From assembly GCA_004764695.1 (NCBI GenBank), contig SMSO01000025.1, forward strand, positions 3,100,001 to 3,164,000: 64,000 nt of DNA. Direction: 5' to 3'. The position numbers were made by a program, and so were the translations under genes. The notes beneath the pieces were generated by a model. The model had not been told where the DNA came from and searched no databases. It saw only the letters and a program-made list of their open reading frames with translations. This document shows, piece after piece, positions 37,739 through 50,259 of the stretch (its first letter is position 1; every line of letters begins with the position of its first letter). The DNA comes from Schizochytrium sp. TIO01 (Eukaryota > Protista > Bigyra: Labyrinthulomycetes).

Positions 37739-40220
37739 CCACAAGGACACATAAAAATGAATGGTGCAGTATTACGCATGCATGCGTAAACTGGAAATCA
37801 GTCAATGAAAATGAATGATTGAAACAACGAATCAATGGTGATTTCTTTGCAGAAGTCGCCAGCCCCACCGGCCGGGCCGAGCGCGAGAGCTCTGCCACAG
37901 CCTTGGGAACGAAAAAGTAAGCTGACCGCCCGGCCAAAATGCAAATTGGCAAACTGCAGGGTGGCCTGGAGGGCCTGCTCTGATCGATTTCCACCTACTT
38001 AGTGCTTGGATTCGGGAATTCAATGACTGAATGAAAAGTATTCGCGTTAATTTGATACCCGCAGACTTGTAAATTGAAGTAATGTGTATATGTACTTTTT
38101 TATTTTATTTTTAATATCTAGCTACCTACCATTTCAATACGTTTTGTGAGGTTTTAAGATTAAAAAATTAAAATTGGCGAATCAAAAGTTTATGAATTCT
38201 CATTTACAATTCACAGATCAGTGGGCATTGCGGACTCAATCAAATAGAAATAAAATTACCAGCACTTGTCCGGAAAATGCCAATCGCGCGGGATTTGAAT
38301 ACTAATATATGTAAATAATCATAATAAAAAGGCTAAGAGAAAGCAGAAATCTCACATTATGCCCACCATTTCAATTGAGCGTGATGCTGTCATTACTTTT
38401 AGACCATCTCGCCTCGAGAAAAATTCCTTTCTTAGCAAACACGTGTGTGGCAAAACTCTGAAATATTGTGAGCACTGAATGGCTGTCTTTCTATAGGACG
38501 GAGCACATGTTCTTGTGCCAAACATATTATCACCAATTTAGACAAACCAAGATCGTATGTTGAAAAAAGATATTGCCTTTTTGCTTATCAAAATTTGCAG
38601 TCCACCTGAATAAACAAAGCGTTTCGAGGCCTCTTAAATAACTGGATTGTGACATCCCCAATAGGTACGTGTTTTCCACGCACGCCTGAACAGGTGCTTC
38701 TATTTCTTTAAAAGTCAAATTAATCGCTGTAACACAATAAATTTAGATTCGAGAGATTGCATTGTCTTTGTAGTCAGTCGTTCCATAGACTTTAAAGCGC
38801 CAGATCGTTTGCACCGGCCTTGAACCGCTCGTCGCTTCCTAGTAGTAGAGCAGCTCAAAAGCCGCCGCACTTCTCTTGGAGCCCCAACTATTGTCAAAAG
38901 AAACACCAGGCAAGCTACCTTTTTGCAGTGCCGGCTCAATTTGTTCGAAAAAGCGCACACCAGAACGACTTGCGTCACGGCACTAAAGATATTTTTATTA
39001 ATTAATTTGTGTCAATCGTTTTTTTATTTATTTTTCAAAATAGCTTGAAAACCTTCTCGTTACGTCAGTACCCAGGGGTACCTGCCATACCATTTAACTG
39101 ATAAATCAATGGATCGATCTTTTTTAGACTTGATTGATTTTTTAATTTGCAAAGCAATCACGAAGACCTGGGGAGAGATCGTTGGCCAAAGCCTCATCGA
39201 TTCGCTTCAAAGCTGCCCAAAGACAGAACCCAAAGAAAGAACATCGATTTTTTTGTTTATCTCTCCCTAGCTAGCTAGCTAGCTGCTCCTAGTTCTTAGG
39301 TATTGGGAAAACTGCGGAACCTGACTGAGCTACCAAAAAAGAGCGGAGCAGTTAGATTTCGCCACCCAAAGATCCAAACGCAACAAAAGAAACAGCCACC
39401 AAAACAAGGCCGAGACGCAGTGAGTGACAGAACGACAAGTCGCAACGCGTGCAATGGAAGGAACCACCAGGGCACTCTTACAAGCAAGCCAGACAAAGAG
39501 CCGCGTTTTGGCACCTCAGCGGAGGACGGTTCGAAGTTAGAGACTGCGAAAAGAGAGTCTTTGGAAATGTGCCTCCCTCCTCCTCATCATCGTCAAGTTC
39601 AATAGGTAGCCAGCCAGCTAATAGGTAGCCAGGATCTCGTACTCGGCGGTTTGGATCTTGTTCTGAGATTTCTTCGACTTTGGAAACTTTCTTCTCCTTA
39701 CTTTTTGAAATTAAGTAAATGAAACAAACTCTACTAGCTTTTATAAAAAGGAACGCTGCCTGGCCAGAGAGGGAAAAATAACGAAGTCTAAGAGATAACA
39801 AGTTTCAACCCGCAAGGTTGCTTTGAGAAGATGAGCACAAACACGTGCGCGGCGCCGAGCAGCATGGGCCCCTAACAAAAGCCAAGTTATCTCTTGGCAT
39901 CCACCGTCCCATCGCTCTTACTATAAAAGCCTCCTGAGTGGGTGACTAGAAGTGAAAGAAAGTATCTCAGCTAGCTAGGTCTGCTGGGTGACTTCTGTGA
40001 CTAGCTAGGTGTGCACTTACCCTCCTTTGTCTCTGCCCAGTAGGTAGCAAGTAGTAGGTAGAACGGGCGACATGTATGTATCTCTTTATCTATCTAACTT
40101 AGTTAGTTAGTTAGTTAGCTTTTCAGGTGTTTTTTTGTTTACTTTGATTGTTGTTCGCCTAACTAGGTACCAGTCGCAATTGCTCGCCAGAGTGGAAGAG
40201 AGACGAGGAAGGCAGGTGAA

Positions 40221-40263
40221 ACGCAACTACAAATTGAAAGCACGCAACCTACAAATTGAAAGC
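40221..40263. repeat. Tandem duplication of ACGCAAC(C)TACAAATTGAAAGC
   Basis: Copies at 40221-40241 and 40242-40263 differ by one inserted C. Confidence 0.92.
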
Positions 40264-41430
40264 AACGGGAGATGCTCTTCTTCTTCGTGTTGGTGGCAAG
40301 AGAGATAGATGTAGACCGACAGCAAAGCAGAAGAGGTGGTTGATTTGCGGAAATAGTTGTTGGAGTTTTTGCAGAGGCGCAGTATTCTGTATCGCCCCGA
40401 AGACTAATTGGAAATCTAATACGAGTGCCGCTATTGTATGCTGGGTCTTGATTATAAATAAGATTGATAAATACACATGCGTGCCGATGAAAGCTTTCTC
40501 GAATAATTAAATTGATCTTGCCATTGGAGCAAGTACATTTTTTAAAAAGACATTTCTGCGGTGGGCCATCCCAAGAAGAAAAATTGTAATAGATTTAGCT
40601 TGTAACGGAGATATCCATCTCACAAATTCAGAATTGTGCCACGCTACTTAGCCATTTTTTTAATTTCGATCTATGAACGCATCACGAAGACGGACCCACT
40701 CGCTCTCAACGCTCAGAGGTCAATCTTATCAATCGGCCCTTTCACTTGGGTAAGCACACTCACGCAGGAAAGTAGAAAGTATATCGCATAAGATGCATGC
40801 ACATGAAATCGTCTCATGCTCTTCTATGCAGAACCGAAACCAAACAATCGAAAAGTCTGTCCTTGTCTTATTCCCTTTAACCTCTAAGTCTTGGAAATTC
40901 ACAAATAAAATACAAATGACAACAGATGCCCTGCTGAATTTTCTACGAATACTTTTTCTCGTCATAAGCAGAGCTGTGTTCGAAATGCAAATTCGCCAGC
41001 TCTTTTTATAAATCATTGATTTAACTCTTTCCAAAATCAAAAAGACTTAACATGACCTCTTCAAATTGAGCTGATACAAGAAAAGAGAACTAACTCTGCT
41101 TGATCCTCACGTTACTTAGAGATACCATTACCCGCTTCGTTTACATGCCTTTAAAAATTATGCTTTGCCTTTTATGGAAAGGGCCATAGTATTGCGACAC
41201 CGGACAAAACTGCTTTTGAAAGGATTATTGTTACGCGGCAAGTTGGCCACCAGCACTTTGAATGGCGTTTTCGCTTAACACTGACCTTTTGAGCTTGGCC
41301 TTTTTCATGGCCCAAAGCATTGCGACACAGGACAAAACCTCACTCCAAATCAAGTGCCGAGTCCTCTTTGGGGGGCTGGGCGAACTCCAGAGGAAGGGCT
41401 AATCATTGTTCATTTATTTATTCATTCAGA

Positions 41431-41463
41431 GGAGGAGGAGGAGGAGGAGGAGGAGGAGGAGGA
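41431..41463. repeat. (GGA)11 microsatellite
   Basis: Read directly. Confidence 0.96.
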
Positions 41464-43869
41464 GAAGACGACTTCGAAGGCGGCCATTCATTTTGTCATT
41501 TTTACATTTCTGCAGCAATGCAGAACTATGATGAATGGCCTGTGATCCCCATGATTCCAACTGTGCTGCTCGCCCCCTGCAGCGCACAACAGGCACGAGG
41601 GGGATCGACGAATTGCGACTGGCGGCAATTGGGTCTACCAAGCAGGGCGTTGTTCCTCGTTCACGATCACCAGCAGTGAAGGCACGCGCGAGGCGTCCCT
41701 TATTTGAGGAAATTGAGCCTCTTCACACTCAAAGAGGCCACCCATCTGCATGCATATATTCTACACATATATAGAGAGAGAGATGTATATGCATGCACAC
41801 CTCTACATGATAGGCACACAGAAAACGAAGAACTAATATGTGCTTTTTGACAGGAGGTACCTTCTTCCAGGGAGTATTAGGCAGCATTCGCCACCCTCCG
41901 TGAGATTGGTAGCTCGCTAGTTATCGTCAGCATAGGCTGACCTCCGTCTTTATGAACGTGAATACGAGCTAACGTAGCAGTAGTAGCTGCGAGTACGTGC
42001 TACTCCGTCGAGATTTTCAATTAAACGTTCTTTCAGGAAAGCCTACTCCTCTCCTGTGGACGGCTCCCTACGCCAGCACAAAGTTTTACACTGCCCAAGT
42101 TCGACGCCTCCAAAATTACAACATCCGCGGGAAGGCGAACAGGCAGCGAGTCCTAGTTTATGGATGATTCTTTGCCGGTCCACTGATTCGTCGATCAACT
42201 CACTGATCGATTAGTCCACTGGTCGATTGATTATTTGACTGATTGATTAATAGAGCAACCAATCTCTTGGTGCAGTGCAGGATGAAGAACACCCCGAGCT
42301 GCTCCAGACTAGACTCCTGGCAGCGCTGCCGACTGTCTGCGTTGCTCTCGCCTGCGTTGCACAAGCTTGCAATTTAAGGTGCGTACATTCGAGCCATCGA
42401 TATTCAGGCAGCAAAGTACGTCGTCAGCGAGCACGCAAGCAAGCAAGCAAGCAAGCAGGAGCGACGCTTTGGAAGCGAGGAAAAGGCTGAAAGAAACTAA
42501 AATTGATGCATGCCGCCCTGGGAAGGGGGGGAGTGGAGAAGTTAGGAAGAGAAGGAAGGAAGGAACGGAGCCTGAGGAGACAGAATTCGTGGAGAGAAAT
42601 GCGATGATAATATGCATTCTCGACGCCGATTTCACTCGGGAATCAGGCCGTCTATGGAATGGCGAATGGCTTCCAAATTGGGAGCTTGAGATGGTTCCAA
42701 GTTGAACAGAGAGATTTTAGTGAGGCTTTTGTTAGTGTCTTTAAGGTGTATTGTTTGTTACTTTCTCCTTTTCTTCTTCTTCTTTTAAAAATGGATTGAT
42801 GAATAAACAGCTAAGGATGATTTAGGAGTTGGAAAGGAATTGTTTTTAAATTAAAATATAAGCGAATATAAGTGAACGAGCGTTGCCATAGTCTAATTCT
42901 CCCAAGCATTCTCGACGAGAATGAAGATCATTCAGTCGTTGTTTCTACTGATCTTTTTCTTCTGTTTCTTAGTTTTACTTGGATGTTTTAGCCCTTCTTT
43001 CTAGCTGTGAAAACGCTTGGCTTGGAAGTTTTTAACGGTGTTCTTCTCTTCAGCTTTTATCCACGTAGATTGCATGGCATGCATGCACCGTGACTTGGCT
43101 GGCATTAAAACAGTATCATCCACACTTACGGAATAACCCGGCACCTTACTAAATTATTAGCGGAGCCTGGACTATGACAGAGCTTCCATGTCGGCAAGTT
43201 TATAATTTGGATCTAATTCATACCGGTTAGAATAGTGACGCCATCTCTAGACACGAGTTCCGCAGCCTTGCGCAAAGATTTTATCATGTTTTGATCATTA
43301 TTTATTTGGCCAGTAATATTGCGCTGCGAGATTCGAAATCGTTCGTGGCGAAGATATATAAAGGCAAAGCTGTATATGGCAAGAGTTTGTGCTGCGGTAA
43401 CGGTGATGTGATCATACCAAGTTTTGCAGAACTTCACGGACTCACATGATTCACATCCGCACGACTCAGTCTTAGAGCGTACTCAAGTTGTACATCGTAT
43501 CCGTGTTTTAATCGATTTCAGGTTACTGTACTAAAGATCAAATGGAAAACGCCAACTCGAAAAAGATACACAACATACAGGTAAGTCTGAACAATGCCTG
43601 GAGGCATTATTGAATTTGATGTTAACGATTAGAGACGGTTTCTCCTCAATGCCTTCTTCATATCAGAATTTAATTTTTTTAAGAACCAAAAAAGATAAAT
43701 TCTTAATTAGAGCAAGTTTGTTCTCCAGCCAGGAAGTGGCGAGTGCACTTGCATCGCTCGCAACAGCACTGCAAGTACTCCTATATCCTTTTATTTTCAC
43801 CTGGCTCTCTCAACCAAGGACTACATTCTTTCTTTTTCTTCTTTTAAAAGTAGATCTTTAAGGTTAGAG

Positions 43870-46800
43870 AGTACTAGAGCGCAAGTTTGACTGCTCAGTG
43901 GAGTCACATAGGATATGTATCTAGCGTAGTCATTGAAAGGGAAGTCGATTGAGAAGCAGTGAATGACGTATTCCTGCAGTTAATCTCTCCGCAAACGTAT
44001 TTAAAATATCAACCTTTAAGCATAAACAATAATTTTACCAGTCACATAGCTTTCGGCGTTTGCTCGCCCCATTTTCTCACTTTTAGGGTCGACGACTATT
44101 TTTTTTAGTGTTGTTAATTGTTTCTTTGTTTAAAATGGATGATGTGTCAACTCTTAGGATCAACAGATCTCTCTGTTTGACCAGGAATATAGATATTGGC
44201 ATTTTCTTCACAGCGATTAGGGTTTCGAATATTTCGCAATTACCCTAATTTTGACTACCGTTTGTGCACTGGCTTTTCAAGACAAATCCCGTTCAAGGAT
44301 AAAATAAAAAGTCTTTCCATATGGGAGAAACTATCATTCAGGGAAGCATAAGCATAGCAATAGACTTAACTTTTGTCCCATTTTCCCACCAAAATATGCA
44401 TTTTGTCTTTTCTTTAAATTTGGTTACATGCAGGTAAAGGCATGATGATTACATCACACTCCAAAGGGTTTATTATGTTTACAGATTGATACCAGAGAAA
44501 AGGAATTATTGTTTATCAATTGGCTCAGTTATCACCTGAAGTATTCTGTGATCCAATTATTAATGAAACCTTTGACACACGCGTCACTTTTAAACCATGA
44601 TTGAGCTCACAAGTCTAGGGGATAAATGCTGCACAACAATCAATACGTATTTACTTTTATTATTCTAAAAAAACGTGTTTGAATCAACCCAAAGAGAAAC
44701 ATGATTTTTATTTATGTAAGTACAAAAATTCATGCGCGATCTCTAAGCAAATTAGTTAGAACAACTATTGCAGAACTTGCCCAAAAAGCAAACTACAGCA
44801 TAGTGAATTTTCCTATGCTTTTATTAAAATTTTAAAAACAATTGCAGTCCGGAATCTCGGCATTCGAGTATTTGTTGCCTTTTATATACAGTTTCATTGA
44901 AGTGGACTCCCGCTAGGCATCTCTCCAGGTCACTGGCATTCTCCTACTTTTTTGCTTCAAATTTACAGAGTTTTTATTCATAAGTAGCGAACCAGAAGCC
45001 AACAACTCTGCTACTGATTCCCAAAATACCTTTGTGATTCTAGGACAAATTCAAATTATTGTCATGCTGGTCGTTTGGACAGGGACGTAAATAAGAGCAG
45101 TTTGTTTGCGCTTATTGTATTACACTATCCAATAAAGTTAAAAGTAATTTAAGTAGGCACGGTGAAGTCATGATCAGCATCTAAATGTGGTAGAGTGATT
45201 ACAGCACTCGTACTAGAATGACTAAGATTAGCCTCGAGTAGATGTAGTTTCAACGTATGCTATCCTACCCTTATATGGTCAACGCATATCATAAGTTGGT
45301 CCACATTAACCAAAAGATATTTTAAATCCTTTCCCTAAATAATTGCGGAAGACCAGGCTAGAAAGGACAAAAAAAAGACTTCCGTATTGCATCATAGGTC
45401 TACTAGAGTACCTGTCCGAATGGTCTAGTCTGATGGTTATGGTAAGATTTAATTTCATATAATGTCATTCAACGTACATTGATAGTTGGTAATTTTGTGT
45501 AAGCTTGTGATATACATTATATAAAAATCAGTCCGCTGAATTCTGAACTTTAAGACTGCACGGTTACTGAGGTCACATATCTTAAAAGCACGTGAACAAA
45601 ATATTGCCAGGGTCCTGACCACCCATATATTTACTCTAAAAGACCAAGGTGCTTATGAGAATTTAAACAAGAAGGAAAGACAACCAGATATGTGGTTACG
45701 AAATGTATATTTACCTTCAAGAGAATTACAAATAAATTCGATTGAATTTGGGTATGACATTTATAGTTTTGAGGCTTTATGCTCCTCTGCACAATAATCC
45801 TTTGTCAGTGTCTTGAGTAAGTTTAGAGAATGATTCTTCCTATGTTACCCTCTGCAAATGCAATTGCACGACTATCTAACAGCTGAAGATCAAGACTAAA
45901 CCCTGTATCGAAGTACGCTGGGTAGTTGCTGCTAAAACATGAATTTTCTCAGCTAGATGATAACTATAGAAATGGTTGCAAAACACGTGATGAAGGCTTG
46001 CTGAAAACCTGAAAAAGACTTCAGAAAATTTAATAAACTTCGGCTTTAAGAGTTAGCGATCTACTCTCGTTTAAATTCATCTCCAAAGCAGACCAATACA
46101 TGTTCTAATTAGGAAGTCAGGTTAGCTTGTATCGTAAATAACCTGCCCAAATTTCGCCTTACTTATTCAATTGAATGTGTATGTGCACGTGCACTTTCTT
46201 AACTTCCTTAGATTTACAAGTTCTTCTTCTAATCTAATATGAGTTCAGATTATTTGAGAACTTACAATGGTACGTACAACAAGAACACGAGCATTGTTTT
46301 GTTCACCTGTTTCTTCGATTTGATATTTTAACAGTTACCTTTCATTAAATGTAAGCGCAAGTTTTTGTTTTTTCGAAATTTCTTGGAATGATCTGTCTGC
46401 TGGCTTTCTTTGTATGATGTGAGTCAAGGTAGTAGAGCTAGCGGGGAATAGAAACACCAGGTCGCCAGTTCTATTAGACACTACGAGTAACAATAGGACA
46501 GAAGATATATCATTGATGAAAGATTGATCTGGTCAGCTGGAGGTTGACTGTAAAGATCAAGGCTTTAAGAAGGTTGATTTAAGAGTTAGAGAAGTGTTGT
46601 CCTGGAAATGAATCCCAGGGAAGACTCATTCATGTAGTACCTTAGAGGCTAAGACATCTCTGAAGTGTGTTAGAGATGCTTGACGGGGTTAGGCTGATTC
46701 AACCTCTTCGACCATGGATTCGAGTTGCACCATACTTGGATCCAGGTAATGTGTTGTCACACTTTTGGTTCTTGGCTTCAGCAACCACATAAGTCTAGTT

Positions 46801-49800
46801 GTCTATTTCTGCTCTATTGTAAGCCCTATGTCTATGAAGTCTTTATAAAGGGTGGCCAAGAACTCTCAGCCATCATATAATATCGCTCATGGTTTAAAAG
46901 TCCACCTGATGAGTAAATTTAAATTGTGTAAGAAACTATGCAGGGAATGTTCTCCATTGAAGATTTAAGCTTGAAGCGTGAAAAATTGTTTTTACTTAAA
47001 CTACTAGTAAAAGTTTATGGCACGGAATCTTTAAATAGTTATGTTCTATTTAATTTCAGGGTTTATGGCGAGACGTACATACATAAGATGACATCGGTTT
47101 CAAATATTGTAAATGAAGGGTCGCGTAAGAATCAAAGATTGTTAATTTCCTAAGTCTATATGTTCGACCGAGCCAGCATTTGAAGAACTATAGTTATTTA
47201 CTGCTTCAAAGAAAGAACTTGCATACACAGCTAACACACTGAAATACAAAACGTGATTATTGAGTAGCAAAGCACACGAAAATTGATGGTAATATTGAGA
47301 GAGAGAGAGAGATAGTTTCCTCTTCTTCTGTAGGACGTCAAGAAACAGCCTCCACGACTTGATAGTTGGATACTTTTGAAGTCAATTTGTTGTTCTCTTG
47401 CATTTGTTTTTAATCATGCCTCTAAAACGAACCTTTAAACTAAATCCGAACAAAGAGATTACATTTTTATATATTTCAGAAGTATTCCATAAAGCGTAAA
47501 CCAGAAAGCATCTTACATGACCTATTTAAGACATCTCAGTGAACGAGATAATGCAGCACCCCTTGCTGAAAGCAAATGTCTTTGCTTTCAGCGAGAGGTT
47601 GAGTGGGGAGCCAAAAGTCATAACGCTCAAGACCTAAGAAGGCATTGTACACTTAGGCTTATAGGATTAGTCATCTGTTGACCTTTGAAATTAATATCAA
47701 TGTAGCCAAAATCATAGTTTAAAAATAAGAGACTAAGACAGACTCTGTCTGTATTACATAAAACTGAAGGGTTTAGGTTAACTTGTTTCCTCAACAACAT
47801 ATATTATTTTCGCTCTTCCATATTCACTTGATCACATAGACCATTCTTGACTCTTGAGTCCCCTTGACCCGCGCTTTTGTATCTGGATGGTCTGGTTCTT
47901 ATCATACACAGCTCGTACTGATTTAAGACCTATTATAGTGTCGCAAAGACCCCAGTAATGTCTTGTTCACATGGCCCTCGCATATTGATTTCAACGCCCC
48001 TAACCAACTAAAAGTTAGCTTCAGATAGGTATAGAATAGGTAAGAGGATAAAGGTTAAGCACTCGAAGAATAACAACACTTGGGAGGCTTTCCAAATTCA
48101 TACACTCATTGTTAGAAGCTGCTTTCTAAGTGCTTGGTTTCAAGTTTGAGCAGAATTTCGTCTGACTTTATTGAGACATTGCAATGTACAACAAAGCTGG
48201 ACAACACTTTGCCGCACATAAGTGCTGACGCTTGTCCAGGTATAAATTGCTGCTGAAAGATGAGTTCAGGAGGTTGAAGTGAAAGTCAAAAGCTTACAAA
48301 GAAGACCGAGAGCTTTGGTCTATGGCGTAACGATCTCCCGACCTTCGGATCTAATTCATATATGAAGCATTGCAAACTTAGAGATACCTTGTGTTGGTTT
48401 TCACACATGATTCTCAACCATAATTTCTGATTTCATCCAATTCATATCTATAGATTACCTTAACGATTAAGTTAGCTACCGAGTGAAGTACAGGTCTTGA
48501 AAGATCTTAATCGGGCCACTACGCGTTTGCTAATTAAGCCTTGCCGATCTAGGTCTTATGATATAGAACTCTTACAATGATAATCTGACTTGAGATTCCA
48601 AATGGCGATCTCCGCAGCAAGACACGCCGAAAGAATATAACCTTTCAATGAAGAATTATGCAGGCAATGAAGAGGTTGGGTCCACAAAGTCATCTGGCAC
48701 TTCCATGAAGCCCAGCTTAACTAAAGCAAGATAGAATCAAGGCCAAGTGCCTCTCTGAAGTTGACGCTTGTGGTGTTCTACTAATGGATTGATCAACGCC
48801 TTACACTTAATCAGTCGTGCTTGCTGAGCTATGTCATCAAAGTAAGCCTGAAGCATTTTCAACACGCTTCATACCACCATGACACCAGCTATGCAGATTG
48901 CTAGAGACACACCTCACAGCAAACATAAGATCATATAACATGTAGTAATCGGATTCAGAATTGATTTAACCAGGAGGTACAAGGTAGGCAAAGTTGTAAT
49001 CTCCCATTTTGAGTCCCATCCATGCTCGGTCCTTATGACTTACATTTCAGAGCAATGTAAGGGTCTACCTCCTTAGCTTATCGTATTCTTCATACGTTCG
49101 TTGCCAAATAAAAGCAACTATGATTTCCTTCACACTCATCACAGAATCCTTGTATGCTCCTCTCTCCACTCCTTAATTCCTTGTGAGATTAAAATTTAGA
49201 CAAATGTGCATGTGTTCGCAACATAGCAAGGACACATTTAAACCCAATAAAGAAAGGTTAGACATACTAAAATAAACACAAAAACAAACACTAGAGAGAT
49301 GATTGTCAAGACCAGGAGCATGCCATTTAGCGACACTCGATGGATTTCAGCCAGTACACCATCCATTTAAAACCAATCATTCTAAGATATATATGCTATG
49401 ACGTAGTCTGCTATGCTCCAGGAATACATCTACGAGCATGATGCTTCATCAAAGTCATGAATCCATTTGTAAGGTTTGCAGAACGCCAACTCATTTGCTT
49501 CAAGTCTTTGTTTTCCTTAAGCCTTTCACATGCACGTAACATTGATGGCCATCATTCTTCTTAGACAGCCTCATACTTCACAAGTCCTAGTTTTCAAAGG
49601 CATCTTAGATATGAGAGCAAACAAATGTAACGTGTACAAACTTGAGTTTGAGTAGTTCCTTATGCTCTTGACGATTTGAGACATTCATACCTTCGCTTGT
49701 ATATTTCCATCCGAATCTTGCCTTAATGCTCATCAAATCATTAATTTTCTACCAGAAATAACAATGCGAGTATAAATTATGAAAAGAGCAAATGCCGTAA

Positions 49801-50200
49801 GCTCCCCAAAACGTTTCTTTCAAGATAATTTTAAAGTTTAGCAGCAAATTCTCACAAGAATGGAGGGTCATACAATCGAAAAGCTCATTATCAATGGCAA
49901 AAGAAACTGAATCCGAGCCGTGGCTCCAAGACAAGCTGGGTTATCTTTACTGCATAGGTAGAAAGAAGACCAATTTTACTCTTTCTAAAAAAACAAGCAG
50001 GTGATCAGGTCATGAATTCATCAGACAGAGCCTGTGTAAATTTGAATTGCCGACTCCATAGCACGATACAAATTATAAAGCAATATTACGAGCACTATTT
50101 AAAAAAAATCCTAAACGATGTTTATAAGAATAACTGTAAACAGACAAGTGATCACCAATCCAGTGCTGGGATAAGCATATCATAGCACATCTATGGAATG
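43870..50200. other. Compositionally distinct AT-rich block poor in microsatellites and ORFs (decayed relic or centromere-like region)
   Basis: The supplied track has only 2 ORFs of 60 aa or more over ~6.4 kb, against 171 over the preceding 43.9 kb. The tetranucleotide repeats disappear. Four of five spot-counted 60-nt lines were 30-37% GC. Confidence 0.6.
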
Positions 50201-50259
50201 CGTACAACGCTACACTTCACGAAAAATGCACTATTGAAAGGATAGCAAACTATCTAAAG

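Noticed and set aside
39820-39880. U6 snRNA-like words (GAGAAGATGAGCA, AGCATGGGCCCCT)
   Set aside because: The fragments are mismatched, non-contiguous and lack the ACAGAGA box.
310-43861. The 171 short ORFs of the track as genes (e.g. 1378..1860, 13019..13615, 23806..24273, 6518..6949)
   Set aside because: They are translations of microsatellites (SINQ, FIHS, QAGR, ER/LS repeats), many have non-ATG starts, and they show no family motifs or codon bias like the real genes.
44216-44249. Telomere repeat or transposon TIR (ATTAGGGT...ACCCTAAT)
   Set aside because: A single 8-bp inverted pair with no tandem telomeric array and no partner end or TSD identified.
48670-48720. U-box-like start EVPDDFVDP on the minus strand
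   Set aside because: Not followed by the rest of the U-box pattern; a stop occurs within ten codons.
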